A DNA stretch of 64,000 nucleotides from a virus (taxonomy: Duplodnaviria > Caudoviricetes). The notes below the pieces were generated by a model. That model did not search any database and was not told where the DNA came from. It saw nothing but the letters and a program-made list of their open reading frames with translations. Position numbers and translations under genes: made by a program. Where the stretch lies: the IMG/VR virus record IMGVR_UViG_2786546133_000001, positions 1 to 64,000 of that record; one strand, given 5' to 3'. Below are positions 8,850 through 18,212 of this stretch, in pieces (position 1 is the stretch's first letter; each line of letters starts with the position of its first letter).

Positions 8850-9476
8850 ATGACCGGCACCGAGATCGTCCTGAACCGGCCCGACGCCGAAGCCGTCCTC
8901 GCCCGCGACGTCCGCAAGGGCGACGTCGTCCTCGGCTGCACCGTCCTGTCCCAGTGGACCGGGAAGATCGAGGTCATCGAGCACTCGGACCCGTACGTCG
9001 CCGACCCGCGCCCTGACGTTCCGGGCTGCCAGTGCCCCGGACACGAGTCGCTCGAAGAGGCCGACCGCGCGAGGGAGTTGGTCATCCTCTACGACGGCGA
9101 GATCTGGGACTTCGCCTGTGACGTCGTCCCCGCCGACGAGTACGTGATCATCCGCAAGCGGCAGGCCGAGGCGGTCGCCGAGGTCGCCGCCGAGCAGGCG
9201 CCGCAAGACGAGCAGGCCGAGCAGGCCGCGCCCGTGCTGCGCCCCGTCAGCAAGGGCAGCAAGACCAGCGTCTTCACTCACAACGGCACGACCGTCTACG
9301 TCTACCCGACCGCCGGAAACCGCGAGCTGTTCTCGGCGCGCCCCGAGGGCCACAAGACGATCGTCTCCCACCGCAAGACCGCCGAAGAGGCCGCCCGCGC
9401 CGCCGTCGCCTACCTCGACGGCGACGACAGCCAGCGGACCGGGTTCGACCTGCTCTCGGAGCTGCTGACCCTGTGA
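8850..9476 (+). CDS. Hypothetical protein
   Basis: GGGAG RBS, ATG at 8850 just after promoter. Confidence 0.75.
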   Translation: MTGTEIVLNRPDAEAVLARDVRKGDVVLGCTVLSQWTGKIEVIEHSDPYVADPRPDVPGCQCPGHESLEEADRARELVILYDGEIWDFACDVVPADEYVIIRKRQAEAVAEVAAEQAPQDEQAEQAAPVLRPVSKGSKTSVFTHNGTTVYVYPTAGNRELFSARPEGHKTIVSHRKTAEEAARAAVAYLDGDDSQRTGFDLLSELLTL

Positions 9477-11302
9477 ACACGACACTGACGACCGACGTCC
9501 CCCAGCGCCTCACCGAAGGCGCTGGGGGCGCCCCCAGCGACCTTGTGTGGGCCAGCCCGCCGTGCCCGCCGGAGTTCTCCGCCGCAGGCGGCAGGCGCGC
9601 CCTGGAAGGCTTCCCCGACGGGTTCCGCTGGGGCAGCCTCTGCACCGGATACGGCGGCCTCGACGCCGCCGCCGTCGAGGTCTTCGGCGGCTCGATCGCC
9701 TGGCACTGCCAGTACGACCCCGACGACCGGTTCCAGTACGCCGCGCAGATCCTCGCGCATCACTGGCCCGACATCCCCAACCACGGCGACATCACGGCTA
9801 TCGACTGGTCGACCGTGGAACGCCCCAACGGCCTGACCATGGGCTTTCCCTGCCAGTCGCTCAGCCTCGCGGGCAAGCGCGAAGGGATCGCCGAGGGCAC
9901 GAAGTCCGGCCTGTGGCTGCACTGCGCCCGCGCCATCGAAGCACTCGAACCCGAATGGGTGGTGATCGAAAATGTCCGAGGGATCCTCTCGCAGAAAGCC
10001 GATCGCGGTCTGGGACCAGACGCTCCGGATATGGACCCAGCCACCGGAGCAAGATTCGTTCTTCGCGCTCTCGGCGCCGTTCTCGGCGACCTGGCCCGCC
10101 TCGGGTTCGATGCGGAATGGTGTGGCGTACGCGCTGAGGAGGTCGGCGCTCCCCACGAGCGATTCCGCGAGTTCATCCTCGCCCGCCGCCGCGCTGCTGC
10201 CGACGCCGACGACGAAGGAACACAACGGACCGGGCAGGCTCGACGGGCCGAGGAACGACACCCTGCGGGCCCGGATCGCGAACCTGCCGACGCCGCGCGC
10301 GAGGGACGGCAGGGGCAAGGGGTTCGACGACTCCCTTCCGGCGGTCGCGGTGAAGCTGCTGAAGACGCCGACGGCGCAGCTCGCGGTGAACGGCGGGTCG
10401 CAGCATCCGGACAAGAGGCGGGCGGGCAATCACGGGGCGACGCTCGCGGACGAGGTGGAGTGGCTGCTGCCGGACGGAGCGGGAGCCCGGCGGCTGCTGC
10501 CGACGCCGACGGCGACGCCGTACGGGTCGAATCAGTCGTCGAGCACGGGCGCGGCGGTCCGTCCGTCGCTGGACGCCCTCGCCCCGAAGCTGCTGCCGAC
10601 GCCGCTCGCGGGGGACGCGAACGGCACCCGGAACGCGACGGCGGGCCGCTCGAAGCACAACCCGAAGGTGAATCTGGGCTGGACGCTGACGGACGTCGTG
10701 CACGCGGGGAGGATCAAGAGCCTGCCTGCCCCACCTGCGGTTGCGCCGAGCACCTCCACGACGGCGGCGGGTTCTGCGCCGGATGCACCCACTGCACAGA
10801 CCCCGACCTCGGACGGCCCGACTGCTACGACGACGGCTGCCCCGTCTGCGCCGCCGGGGCCGAAGCCGCCGCGCTTGCTGCCGACGCCCAGGGCGACGGA
10901 CGGCAGGAAGGGCAGCCCGCAGCAGCACGGGGGACGTGGGGACCTGACGCTCGCGAGCGCGGCGTACCGGATTCTGCCGACGCCGACGGCGGCGGACGGG
11001 GACCGGACGAGCACGACGTACAGCAGGGGCAACCCGACGTTGAATGGGGCGATTACGAGCCCGCCATCCGCCGATGGGAAGCCGTCCTCGGACGACCTGC
11101 CCCCCGGCCAACTGACGATCGAGGTCGCCTGAGCCCCGCGTTCGTCGAATGGATGATGGGCCTCCCCCTCGGCCACGTGACCGGCGTTCCCGGCCTGCCG
11201 CGCAGTGCGCAGCTCAAGGCCCTCGGGAACGGCGTCGTGCCACGGCAGGCCGCCGCCGCGCTGCGGCTGCTGTACGCCCGATTCTTCGACCTCGCCGCCT
11301 GA
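9473..11302 (+). CDS. C5 DNA cytosine methyltransferase (catalytic frame)
   Basis: Motif I SLCTGYGG, IV GFPCQSLS, VI ENV, VIII PHERFR, IX-X RLSPAFVEWMMGLP...LGNGVVP. Confidence 0.9.
   Translation: MNTTLTTDVPQRLTEGAGGAPSDLVWASPPCPPEFSAAGGRRALEGFPDGFRWGSLCTGYGGLDAAAVEVFGGSIAWHCQYDPDDRFQYAAQILAHHWPDIPNHGDITAIDWSTVERPNGLTMGFPCQSLSLAGKREGIAEGTKSGLWLHCARAIEALEPEWVVIENVRGILSQKADRGLGPDAPDMDPATGARFVLRALGAVLGDLARLGFDAEWCGVRAEEVGAPHERFREFILARRRAAADADDEGTQRTGQARRAEERHPAGPDREPADAAREGRQGQGVRRLPSGGRGEAAEDADGAARGERRVAASGQEAGGQSRGDARGRGGVAAAGRSGSPAAAADADGDAVRVESVVEHGRGGPSVAGRPRPEAAADAARGGRERHPERDGGPLEAQPEGESGLDADGRRARGEDQEPACPTCGCAEHLHDGGGFCAGCTHCTDPDLGRPDCYDDGCPVCAAGAEAAALAADAQGDGRQEGQPAAARGTWGPDARERGVPDSADADGGGRGPDEHDVQQGQPDVEWGDYEPAIRRWEAVLGRPAPRPTDDRGRLSPAFVEWMMGLPLGHVTGVPGLPRSAQLKALGNGVVPRQAAAALRLLYARFFDLAA
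9972..11132 (+). CDS. Nested +1-frame ORF with about 7 LPTP...TL repeats (putative target-recognition partner of the MTase)
   Basis: 386 aa open frame; normal codon bias and repeat structure where the main frame reads as low-complexity. Confidence 0.7.
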   Translation: MSEGSSRRKPIAVWDQTLRIWTQPPEQDSFFALSAPFSATWPASGSMRNGVAYALRRSALPTSDSASSSSPAAALLPTPTTKEHNGPGRLDGPRNDTLRARIANLPTPRARDGRGKGFDDSLPAVAVKLLKTPTAQLAVNGGSQHPDKRRAGNHGATLADEVEWLLPDGAGARRLLPTPTATPYGSNQSSSTGAAVRPSLDALAPKLLPTPLAGDANGTRNATAGRSKHNPKVNLGWTLTDVVHAGRIKSLPAPPAVAPSTSTTAAGSAPDAPTAQTPTSDGPTATTTAAPSAPPGPKPPRLLPTPRATDGRKGSPQQHGGRGDLTLASAAYRILPTPTAADGDRTSTTYSRGNPTLNGAITSPPSADGKPSSDDLPPGQLTIEVA

Positions 11303-11382
11303 CCGGCGCGCACCTCCCCCACGCCACCCACACGCCCGGCCAGCCGCCCCACGGCGGCGGCCGGGCCCGAGCGAAGGACGCC

Positions 11383-11982
11383 ATGAACACCTTCACCTGT
11401 CTCTTCCCGACCGGCACGGATCGCGCCTGCGAGACGACCGCCACGCATCGCGCCTGGACGATCCACCCGGCGACCGGCGCACCGACCGTCACCGAGCTGT
11501 GCGGCGAGCACGCCGACACCGCGCCCCGGCCCGACCTCGACGACGTCAGCAAGGCCGCGCAGGCCGCATACGCCGACGACGTCACGCCCGAGCTCGTCTG
11601 CCACTGGATGGCCGACCTGATCGAGGCGTGGCCGGCCGCCGTCCCCATCGAAGACATGTGCCGGGCCCACGACGACGACCACGGCCTGACGCCCCAGGCG
11701 CACGCCGAGCAGCGCATGCGCGACGCGATCGCCGCCGACGGGTTCACCTTCCTCGTCATCCCGGCGCTTCCGTTCCAGCGCTGCCGCACCTGCCGCGGCC
11801 TGGCCGAGCGAACGTTCCTGACGTTCACCGAGGTCGACGCCGACCCGACTGGGATCACGAGCGCCTGCGAGACCCACCTGACCGGCGTCATGGAAACGCT
11901 CGCCGCCGAGCAGTTCGACGCCGCCGACGCCGCACGGTCCGCCGCGGCGGCCGGTCACGACACGAACGGAGCGAACGCCTGA
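11383..11982 (+). CDS. Hypothetical protein
   Basis: GAAGGA RBS; Cys motifs. Confidence 0.7.
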   Translation: MNTFTCLFPTGTDRACETTATHRAWTIHPATGAPTVTELCGEHADTAPRPDLDDVSKAAQAAYADDVTPELVCHWMADLIEAWPAAVPIEDMCRAHDDDHGLTPQAHAEQRMRDAIAADGFTFLVIPALPFQRCRTCRGLAERTFLTFTEVDADPTGITSACETHLTGVMETLAAEQFDAADAARSAAAAGHDTNGANA

Positions 11983-12509
11983 TGGGACGCGCGACAGACG
12001 CCCTGCTGATTTACGGCTACGACCTCGGCGGCAGCGACAGCGAGGGCGGGTGGAAGGTGCAGGAGGTCGACGAGTACGGCTATCTCCTGCCGACGTCCTG
12101 GTTCGACCCCGACCGCGACGACGACGAGGACGGCGACGACGACGAGGGGGACTTCGCGACGGCGGCCGAGGCGCACCTGCTGAAGACCGTCGGCGGGTTC
12201 ACCGAGAAGTGGATCGAGGGAGCCGGCGAGACGGGTTTCTGGGACCGGCGTAAGCAGGCAGAGGTCCGCGTCGGTGTCCGCGTCGCGACGTACTGCGCGG
12301 ACACTGCCCCGGCGTACGCGCTCGCCGCGCACGTCACCCGCGTCGCCCGCGGCGACGTCGAGCTGATCGATCCGCTCGACCTCGCCGCGCGACCGGCGGC
12401 AGAGGACTGGGACAGCCGGCTCGTGGCCGCCGTCGACGCGCTCGGCATCATGCCCGCGCAGGAGACACCCCGCTGGTTCCTCGTCTCCTACGGCGACGGC
12501 TTCCGCTGA
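11982..12509 (+). CDS. Hypothetical acidic protein
   Basis: TGATG coupling; MGRATDALLIYGYDLGG. Confidence 0.75.
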   Translation: MGRATDALLIYGYDLGGSDSEGGWKVQEVDEYGYLLPTSWFDPDRDDDEDGDDDEGDFATAAEAHLLKTVGGFTEKWIEGAGETGFWDRRKQAEVRVGVRVATYCADTAPAYALAAHVTRVARGDVELIDPLDLAARPAAEDWDSRLVAAVDALGIMPAQETPRWFLVSYGDGFR

Positions 12510-12583
12510 CCGGCCCTCGACCCGCTGACCGCCCGGCCGCACTCGCGGCCGGGCTTCCCTCGCACCACCCAGGAGCCCCACCC

Positions 12584-12862
12584 ATGCGACTGACCCGCCT
12601 CACTCCCGAGCAGGCCCGCGCGCTCGGCGAGCACGTCGCCCGCGCCGCCCGCCTGTGGCGGCAGCTCGTCGACGCCTTCCGCGAGATGGCCCGCGCGCTG
12701 ACCGCGGCGGTCCGCCCGCTCGTCGACTACCTGCGCCGCTGCGGCCTGGCCGACGACCGGCCCGCCCGCGAACGCCGTCGACGGCCGCACGCCGTCCGCC
12801 TGGTCGGCGACCGCCCCGCCTGGGCCAGCCCGTACGGACCGGCACCGAAGGGGCACCGATGA
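12584..12862 (+). CDS. Hypothetical protein
   Basis: AGGAG RBS; C-terminal RPAWASPYGP. Confidence 0.7.
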   Translation: MRLTRLTPEQARALGEHVARAARLWRQLVDAFREMARALTAAVRPLVDYLRRCGLADDRPARERRRRPHAVRLVGDRPAWASPYGPAPKGHR

Positions 12863-13488
12863 CCGGCCGGATCCACCTCGACGACCTCACCACGGCGGAC
12901 CTGAAAGACCTGTACGACCGGCTCGACGCCGCCGAGCAGGCGGCCGAGCTGCGCGGCCGGCGCATGAACGCGGCCGTACAGGACGCCGCCGAGCTGCGCG
13001 TACGTCTGGAGGACGCGGAAGCCGCCGTCGAGGCCGTCGAGCAACTCGCCTCCCGGTGGGCCGTCCTGCGCGCGTACGGCGGCGCCGCGACCGAGCTGCG
13101 CGCCGCGCTCGCCCCCAGCCGACGACCGGCCGAGCCGGGCGTGACCGGCCGCCGTATCCGCGCCGCGCTGCCCGTGCTGCGCGCCGCCGTCGACACCCTG
13201 CCGCGCCTGTGCCGCTACCACGGCGAGCGCCTCGACGACGATTACGGCCCGGCCCGCCGTCGGCGCGAGGCGTGCTGCGACACGGGCATCCCGGCCCGCC
13301 GCCGCCGCGAGGCCGAGACGGCGCTCGCCAACCTCGACCGGCTCGCCCGGCAGCCGGCCCGCCTCGACGTCGACCGCGCCGCGTTGCTGCCCCCGATCAC
13401 CGAAGCCATCCGCACATGGCGGTTCGTCGGCGACACCGCCGCGGCGGAAGCCGTCCTCGACGCGCTCGCCGGTCACCAGGAGGGATGA
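12859..13488 (+). CDS. Hypothetical coiled-coil protein
   Basis: ATGA coupling; RIHLDDLTTADLKDLYDRL. Confidence 0.7.
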   Translation: MTGRIHLDDLTTADLKDLYDRLDAAEQAAELRGRRMNAAVQDAAELRVRLEDAEAAVEAVEQLASRWAVLRAYGGAATELRAALAPSRRPAEPGVTGRRIRAALPVLRAAVDTLPRLCRYHGERLDDDYGPARRRREACCDTGIPARRRREAETALANLDRLARQPARLDVDRAALLPPITEAIRTWRFVGDTAAAEAVLDALAGHQEG

Positions 13489-13491
13489 CCC

Positions 13492-14580
13492 GTGCCCCAG
13501 ACACCCGCCGCCGAGTGCGGCCCCGCGTGCAGCGAGCAGCACACCTACCGGTCCGGCGAATGCGCGGCCGCCGCGCAGCCGGCCACCCGCTACCCGTACG
13601 ACGACGGCGGCGTGATCGTCCTCGGGCCCGAGATCTTCGCGAGCCGCGACGGGAAGGTCATCTCGTGGAAGGGGCAGCACTTCGTACCGCACACCGCGCC
13701 GCCGCCGGCAGCCGAGAACCTGCCCGCCGGCTCGCTCGCCTCCGCCGTCACCGGTGCCGCCATGCTCGACGCCGCCGCCCGCGACCCGCGCACACAGAAC
13801 CTGCTCGCGCACGCCCTGACCCAGCTCGCCCGCGACGGCTGGCTCCGCGAGACACCCGGCGACACCTTCGACCCGGCCGACGTCGACCGGCCGACGGCCG
13901 AGCCGCTCGACGCCGCGGCAGCGACCGAAGCGACCGGCGCCCCGCAGCTCTGCGAGATCCCGCACGCGACGACCGCCGAAGCAGAGGCGTGCGAGCGGCG
14001 TCGCCTGGCCGGCGGCGCCGAGCTGCCGCCGCACGGTGCGCCGGTCGCGCTCGCCGAGCCCGCCGCGCCCGGCACCCTGCGCGAGCGGCTGTTCGCGACC
14101 GTGCGGTTCCTGCTCGGCGACGGCCCGTGGGACGTCGCCGCCTGGCACATCGCGGACGCCTGCCTCGCCGAGGCGCTGCGGCCGGTCGCCGTCGACGACG
14201 AGCAGCAGACAGGCGGCTTCCGGTTCGTCGACCCGGACGGCGACCACCTGTACGTCACGCCGACGCGGCGGCACGGGCGACCGGCGGTGAACCTGCGCGC
14301 CATCCGTGCCGACGGCCAGGGCGCCGCCGCCGTCGACGTCCCCGCGGACCAGGTCGAGGACGTCATCGCGGGCATGCGCGACGTCCGCCGCCAGGCGAGC
14401 ACCGACGCCCTTCCCACGCGGCCGCGCGTGCCGGACGACGGCGAGCAGCAGCGCGACGGCGTGCGCGTCGAGTACCGCGCGAGCGTGCCCCGCCATCTGT
14501 TCGGCGCCGCCCTCGCGGAAGGGCTGAGCGCCGTCGCCGCCGAAGTGGCGGCGCAGGACGGAAGGCCGGCCATAGGGTGA
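13492..14580 (+). CDS. Hypothetical mosaic protein
   Basis: GGAGG RBS; GC3-biased frame. Confidence 0.7.
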   Translation: MPQTPAAECGPACSEQHTYRSGECAAAAQPATRYPYDDGGVIVLGPEIFASRDGKVISWKGQHFVPHTAPPPAAENLPAGSLASAVTGAAMLDAAARDPRTQNLLAHALTQLARDGWLRETPGDTFDPADVDRPTAEPLDAAAATEATGAPQLCEIPHATTAEAEACERRRLAGGAELPPHGAPVALAEPAAPGTLRERLFATVRFLLGDGPWDVAAWHIADACLAEALRPVAVDDEQQTGGFRFVDPDGDHLYVTPTRRHGRPAVNLRAIRADGQGAAAVDVPADQVEDVIAGMRDVRRQASTDALPTRPRVPDDGEQQRDGVRVEYRASVPRHLFGAALAEGLSAVAAEVAAQDGRPAIG

Positions 14581-14588
14581 ATGCGTAA

Positions 14589-14624
14589 CGAGGGGGCGTC
14601 GGCCACTGGCCGACGGCCCCTTCG
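14589..14624 (+). terminator. Stem-loop terminator
   Basis: CGAGGGGGCGTCGGCCA-c-TGGCCGACGGCCCCTTCG after the operon. Confidence 0.65.
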
Positions 14625-14656
14625 TGCTCGCTCGCGGAGTTCCCTCGGGACGCCGC

Positions 14657-14698
14657 TTGACGGTGCAACATGATGGTGCTAACTTTGAACCTGTCAGC
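14657..14698 (+). promoter_or_regulatory. Conserved promoter/operator, copy 2 of 5
   Basis: TTGACG-GTGCAACATGATGGTGC-TAACTT...GTCAGC. Confidence 0.8.
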
Positions 14699-14733
14699 GA
14701 GCAACACGACGGACACCGACCGAGGAGAACACC

Positions 14734-15150
14734 ATGAGCATCACCTTCGAGACCGCCCAGGTTGACACCCGCGCCGTCCTCACCGCCCACGGCCAGAAGT
14801 GCACCATCCTGGAGAAGCGCACCGACGGCGACGGTAACGGCTACCTCGTCGTCGACTTCGACGAGACGGGCATCGCCTTCCGCACCGCCGAGCAGTTCAC
14901 CGCGATCGACGAGCCGGCCCCCGCCCCCAAGATGCGCCGCTCCGCCTACAAGGGCGTCAGCGAGTTCTGGCTCGGCGGCGTCCACTACCGCGTAGACAAC
15001 GCCGTCGACAACGCGTACCCCGTCAGCGGCTTCTACCGCGTGTGGGCCGTCGACCAGCACAACGGGTCGAACCTCGTCAACCACGCGAAGACGAAGAAGG
15101 CCGCGTTCGAGCAGGCCCTCGCGATCCTCGCCGAGCGCGCCGCCGCCTGA
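14734..15150 (+). CDS. Hypothetical protein
   Basis: GAGGAG RBS immediately after promoter. Confidence 0.8.
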   Translation: MSITFETAQVDTRAVLTAHGQKCTILEKRTDGDGNGYLVVDFDETGIAFRTAEQFTAIDEPAPAPKMRRSAYKGVSEFWLGGVHYRVDNAVDNAYPVSGFYRVWAVDQHNGSNLVNHAKTKKAAFEQALAILAERAAA

Positions 15151-15185
15151 TCGCCACCCACGACGAGCAGCAAGGAACCCGCGCC

Positions 15186-15425
15186 GTGAGCGAGCACAGC
15201 TTCCCCGGAGGCGTCACCCTCCGCGTCACCGACGAAGGGTGGACCGTCGAGCACGACGGCGAGGCGAAGGAATACAAGACGTGGCGGCACGCACGCCGCC
15301 GGATCAACCGCCTCCAGGAGATCCACCGGATCCACTTCGGCGCCACCACCGCCGCCTACGCGAAGTTCGAGCAGACCCACGGCCCCGACGGCCGCCCCCG
15401 CACCGACAAGGACCAGCAGTCATGA
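15186..15425 (+). CDS. Hypothetical protein
   Basis: AAGGA RBS, GTG start. Confidence 0.65.
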   Translation: MSEHSFPGGVTLRVTDEGWTVEHDGEAKEYKTWRHARRRINRLQEIHRIHFGATTAAYAKFEQTHGPDGRPRTDKDQQS

Positions 15426-15613
15426 GCCAGACCGTCACCATCCCCGCGAAGGACCTCCGCGAGGGCGACATGATGAACCTCTTCGGCCAGCTGATCCGCG
15501 TCGTCGCCACGGCCGACACTCCGGGCCAGCCCGGAATCCTCACCGTCTACCGCTCGGGCGCCGAGTTCACGATCCCCGCCGCGCAGCGCGTCACCGTCCA
15601 CCGCACCGCCTGA
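15422..15613 (+). CDS. Small beta-barrel-like hypothetical protein
   Basis: ATGA coupling; IPAKDLREGD. Confidence 0.7.
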   Translation: MSQTVTIPAKDLREGDMMNLFGQLIRVVATADTPGQPGILTVYRSGAEFTIPAAQRVTVHRTA

Positions 15614-15626
15614 CGCCGACAAAGCA

Positions 15627-15662
15627 AAGCCCCCCGGACATCGGAAGTGTCCGGGGGGCTCT
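15627..15662. terminator. Bidirectional terminator between convergent genes
   Basis: AGCCCCCCGGACA-tcggaag-TGTCCGGGGGGCT. Confidence 0.75.
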
Positions 15663-15741
15663 GCTGCGTGGACGCGCGCCGCCAGAGTACCGGGCACGCG
15701 CGGCGTGACGCCCGTCGAGCGATGAACGATCGATAAACGGG

Positions 15742-16122
15742 TCAGGCACTCGGCGGCTGCTCGCCGTCCCGCGTCGCGTCGCTCGCTCCGTCGGCGGCTG
15801 CTCGCTTACGCCGCCCTGTACGCGGTCGGTCCTTGCCCGACCCGGAGTAGCCGCGCTCGATGTCCTGCACGGTACTGATCGAGCAGCCGAGCGTCTCGGC
15901 GATCACCCGATACGGGACCTTCTTAGCGCGCTGCTCGTCGACCCACGCCTTCCGCGTCGCCTTGAACTCTGGCCCTTTCTCCTTCTGCAATCGCAGAACC
16001 TCAGTGATCGCGCGCGCCTGCTGGGCGGGATCGTCCATCTGCTCGATGGCTCGCAGCGCGTCAGCCACTCGCCGCCCCTCCTCCGTGCCGTTTTGTTCCT
16101 CGGCCAATCCCGCTCCTTCCAC
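15742..16122 (-). CDS. HTH transcriptional regulator (Kor/TraR-like position)
   Basis: PYRVIAETLGCSISTVQDIERG HTH; divergent from membrane operon. Confidence 0.8.
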   Translation of the reverse strand: MEGAGLAEEQNGTEEGRRVADALRAIEQMDDPAQQARAITEVLRLQKEKGPEFKATRKAWVDEQRAKKVPYRVIAETLGCSISTVQDIERGYSGSGKDRPRTGRRKRAAADGASDATRDGEQPPSA

Positions 16123-16139
16123 GGGGAGCCGCTTGCGGT

Positions 16140-16163
16140 GACTTTATGGGATCCCATAAAGTC
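16140..16163. promoter_or_regulatory. Perfect 24-bp palindrome, putative operator
   Basis: GACTTTATGGGATCCCATAAAGTC, AT-rich, between divergent genes. Confidence 0.8.
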
Positions 16164-16273
16164 GGGGCAAGCGGCACCGCCTCGGTGCTGTGTCCATACA
16201 GAACGGCGCCGAGCGGAGTTGTGAGAGGCCCGCTCGGCGCCGGTCGCCCACCTGACCTACCAGGAGTGCGAAC

Positions 16274-16447
16274 GTGAGTAAGGCTAACCGGGCGCCCGGC
16301 GCCCGCGAAGACGGACGGGCCGACTCGGGCGGTACCGAAGGAAACCGAGCAGGAAACACGTACAGCGCCGTCCTGCTGCGCGGCGAGAAGGACACCAGCG
16401 CCCCTCAGACGCGCGGCATCCCGGCTCGCTCGGGTGGTCGCGGATGA
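16274..16447 (+). CDS. Small hypothetical protein (57 aa)
   Basis: AGGAG RBS, GTG start, ATGA-coupled to next gene. Confidence 0.45.
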   Translation: MSKANRAPGAREDGRADSGGTEGNRAGNTYSAVLLRGEKDTSAPQTRGIPARSGGRG

Positions 16448-16641
16448 GCCCCCGCCGGATCAGCACGAGCACGCCGAACCGGACCGTCGCCCAGCCGGCC
16501 ACGGTGAGCGCGTGCCGCACGGACCGCGGCACGCCGCAGGACCGGGCCGCTCGGGCCGAGGAGGCCCTCGGGCAGAACGAGTCGGCGAAGTTCCACGCGA
16601 AGGAGAGCGCCGAGTCCTGCGGTGGGAGGCGGACCACGTGA
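16444..16641 (+). CDS. Small hypothetical protein
   Basis: Translational coupling on both sides. Confidence 0.55.
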   Translation: MSPRRISTSTPNRTVAQPATVSACRTDRGTPQDRAARAEEALGQNESAKFHAKESAESCGGRRTT

Positions 16642-16877
16642 GCGCCTTCGACCGCCTTCGCGAGGCGCTGACGGGCGGCCCGCGCTACACGCCCGCCGTC
16701 GGCCCGTACGCCTCGACGCGCGAGCAGGAGAAGAACGCCCGCCAGCGCGGGCGGGAAGCCGACCTCGCGGCCGGTCGCCGACAGCGGCACCGCGAGAGCG
16801 TCTTCCGCAACGGCGACGCCGGCGACGGAACGCGGTTCGCCTTCGAGCGCAAGAGCCGTTGGCGGCGCGGCTCCTGA
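16638..16877 (+). CDS. Small basic hypothetical protein
   Basis: GGAGG RBS, GTGA coupling. Confidence 0.6.
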   Translation: MSAFDRLREALTGGPRYTPAVGPYASTREQEKNARQRGREADLAAGRRQRHRESVFRNGDAGDGTRFAFERKSRWRRGS

Positions 16878-16970
16878 CCGCCACCTGACCGGCCGGGTCC
16901 TGCTCCCCCTCCCCCTGGCAGGGCCCGGCCTTCCTGCGACACGTCCCGACCACATGTGAAGGGCAGAACC

Positions 16971-18212
16971 ATGACCGAGACGCGCAAGCTCACCAAGGGG
17001 CAGCGCGCCGTACTGATCTCCGCGACGGTCCCGATGATCGGCTTCGGCGGCCTCGGCGGCTGGGGCACGTTCACCAACGTCGTCAGCGAGTTCGGTCCGG
17101 ACCGGCAGGCGACGGCGCTCGGCGTCGTCGCGGCCGGTGAGGGCGCGACGCTCGTCCTCGCTCTGGTCATGGTGCTGCTGACCATGTTCGGGCAGGCCGC
17201 ACCCTGGCCTGTCCGGGCCGGTCTGTGGTCGGCACCGGCCGCCGCGGCGGCGACCGGCGTCGCCGTCGCCGACACGCTGACCGAGTCGGTCGTCTACGGG
17301 ATCACTCCCATGGCGATGTGCGTCGCGGCCGAGGGCCTCGGCCTGGTCGCCCGTCGGCTCGTCGTCTACCGGACGAGCGTCGACGTCGAGGCGCAGCGCC
17401 GCAACGCGCAGATCATGCGCAGGATCGCGTACCACCGTGCGCGCGCCGACCGGCACCCGTGGAAGTGGGTGCAGAACTGGTCGGAGCTCGCCGCGTGGCG
17501 ACTGCTGCGGCGGGCGGGGGAGGGCGACGTCGAACTCGGCGTCGACCTGATCCGCGTGCAGCGCGTCACGCTCACCGAAGGCGCGGGCCTGGCGCTCGGC
17601 GACATGCTCGCCACCGGCCCGGCCGTCCCCGCGCTGCTGCCCGCGGCTGAGCCCGCGCCCGTCATCCGTGAGCCCGAGCCTGAGCCCGAGCCCGAGCCTG
17701 CGCCGCGCGAGCCTGAGCCTGAGCCCGTGCCTGAGCCTGAGCCGGAACACGAGCGTGAGCCCGAGCCCGAGCAGCAGCGCGGCGAGACGGCGGTCCCGCC
17801 CGTCCCGCGCGTCGGCGAGCAGCAGACCGGCGGCACGGGCACTGACCAGGCTCGACCCGGCGGTGAGCCCGCCCGCGAGCCTGAGCCTGAGCCCGAGCCC
17901 GAGCCGCAGCGTGAGCCTGAGCCCGCCGAGGGCGAGCAGCTCCAAATCCTCAAGCTCGCCGACCGGCTGCGCGGCGGCGAGCAGATCACGAAGAGGACCG
18001 CGGCGCCGCTGCTCGGCGTGAGCCCGGCCACGGCGCAGCGCAGGCTCACACAGGCCCGCCGCGTCGTGACGCTCGCCGAGCGGCTCAAGGCCGGTGACCG
18101 GCTCACACCCGCGACGGCGGCCCCGCTGCTCGGCGTCGACGAGCGCACCGCCGGCGCCCGCCTGAACGAAGCGCGACAGCTCAACGGAGAAGGAGAGGGG
18201 TTCTACGCATGA
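16971..18212 (+). CDS. SpdB-like / conjugal-transfer-type membrane protein with EP repeats and two C-terminal HTHs
   Basis: 4 TM segments; AAEGLGLVARRLVVYRTSVDVEAQRRNA...AYHRARA recalls Streptomyces plasmid spread proteins. Confidence 0.65.
   Translation: MTETRKLTKGQRAVLISATVPMIGFGGLGGWGTFTNVVSEFGPDRQATALGVVAAGEGATLVLALVMVLLTMFGQAAPWPVRAGLWSAPAAAAATGVAVADTLTESVVYGITPMAMCVAAEGLGLVARRLVVYRTSVDVEAQRRNAQIMRRIAYHRARADRHPWKWVQNWSELAAWRLLRRAGEGDVELGVDLIRVQRVTLTEGAGLALGDMLATGPAVPALLPAAEPAPVIREPEPEPEPEPAPREPEPEPVPEPEPEHEREPEPEQQRGETAVPPVPRVGEQQTGGTGTDQARPGGEPAREPEPEPEPEPQREPEPAEGEQLQILKLADRLRGGEQITKRTAAPLLGVSPATAQRRLTQARRVVTLAERLKAGDRLTPATAAPLLGVDERTAGARLNEARQLNGEGEGFYA
17647..17925 (+). repeat. (C)GTGAGCC/TGAGCC hexamer array encoding Glu-Pro
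   Basis: Many GAGCCT/GAGCCC units using the rare CCT codon. Confidence 0.8.
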
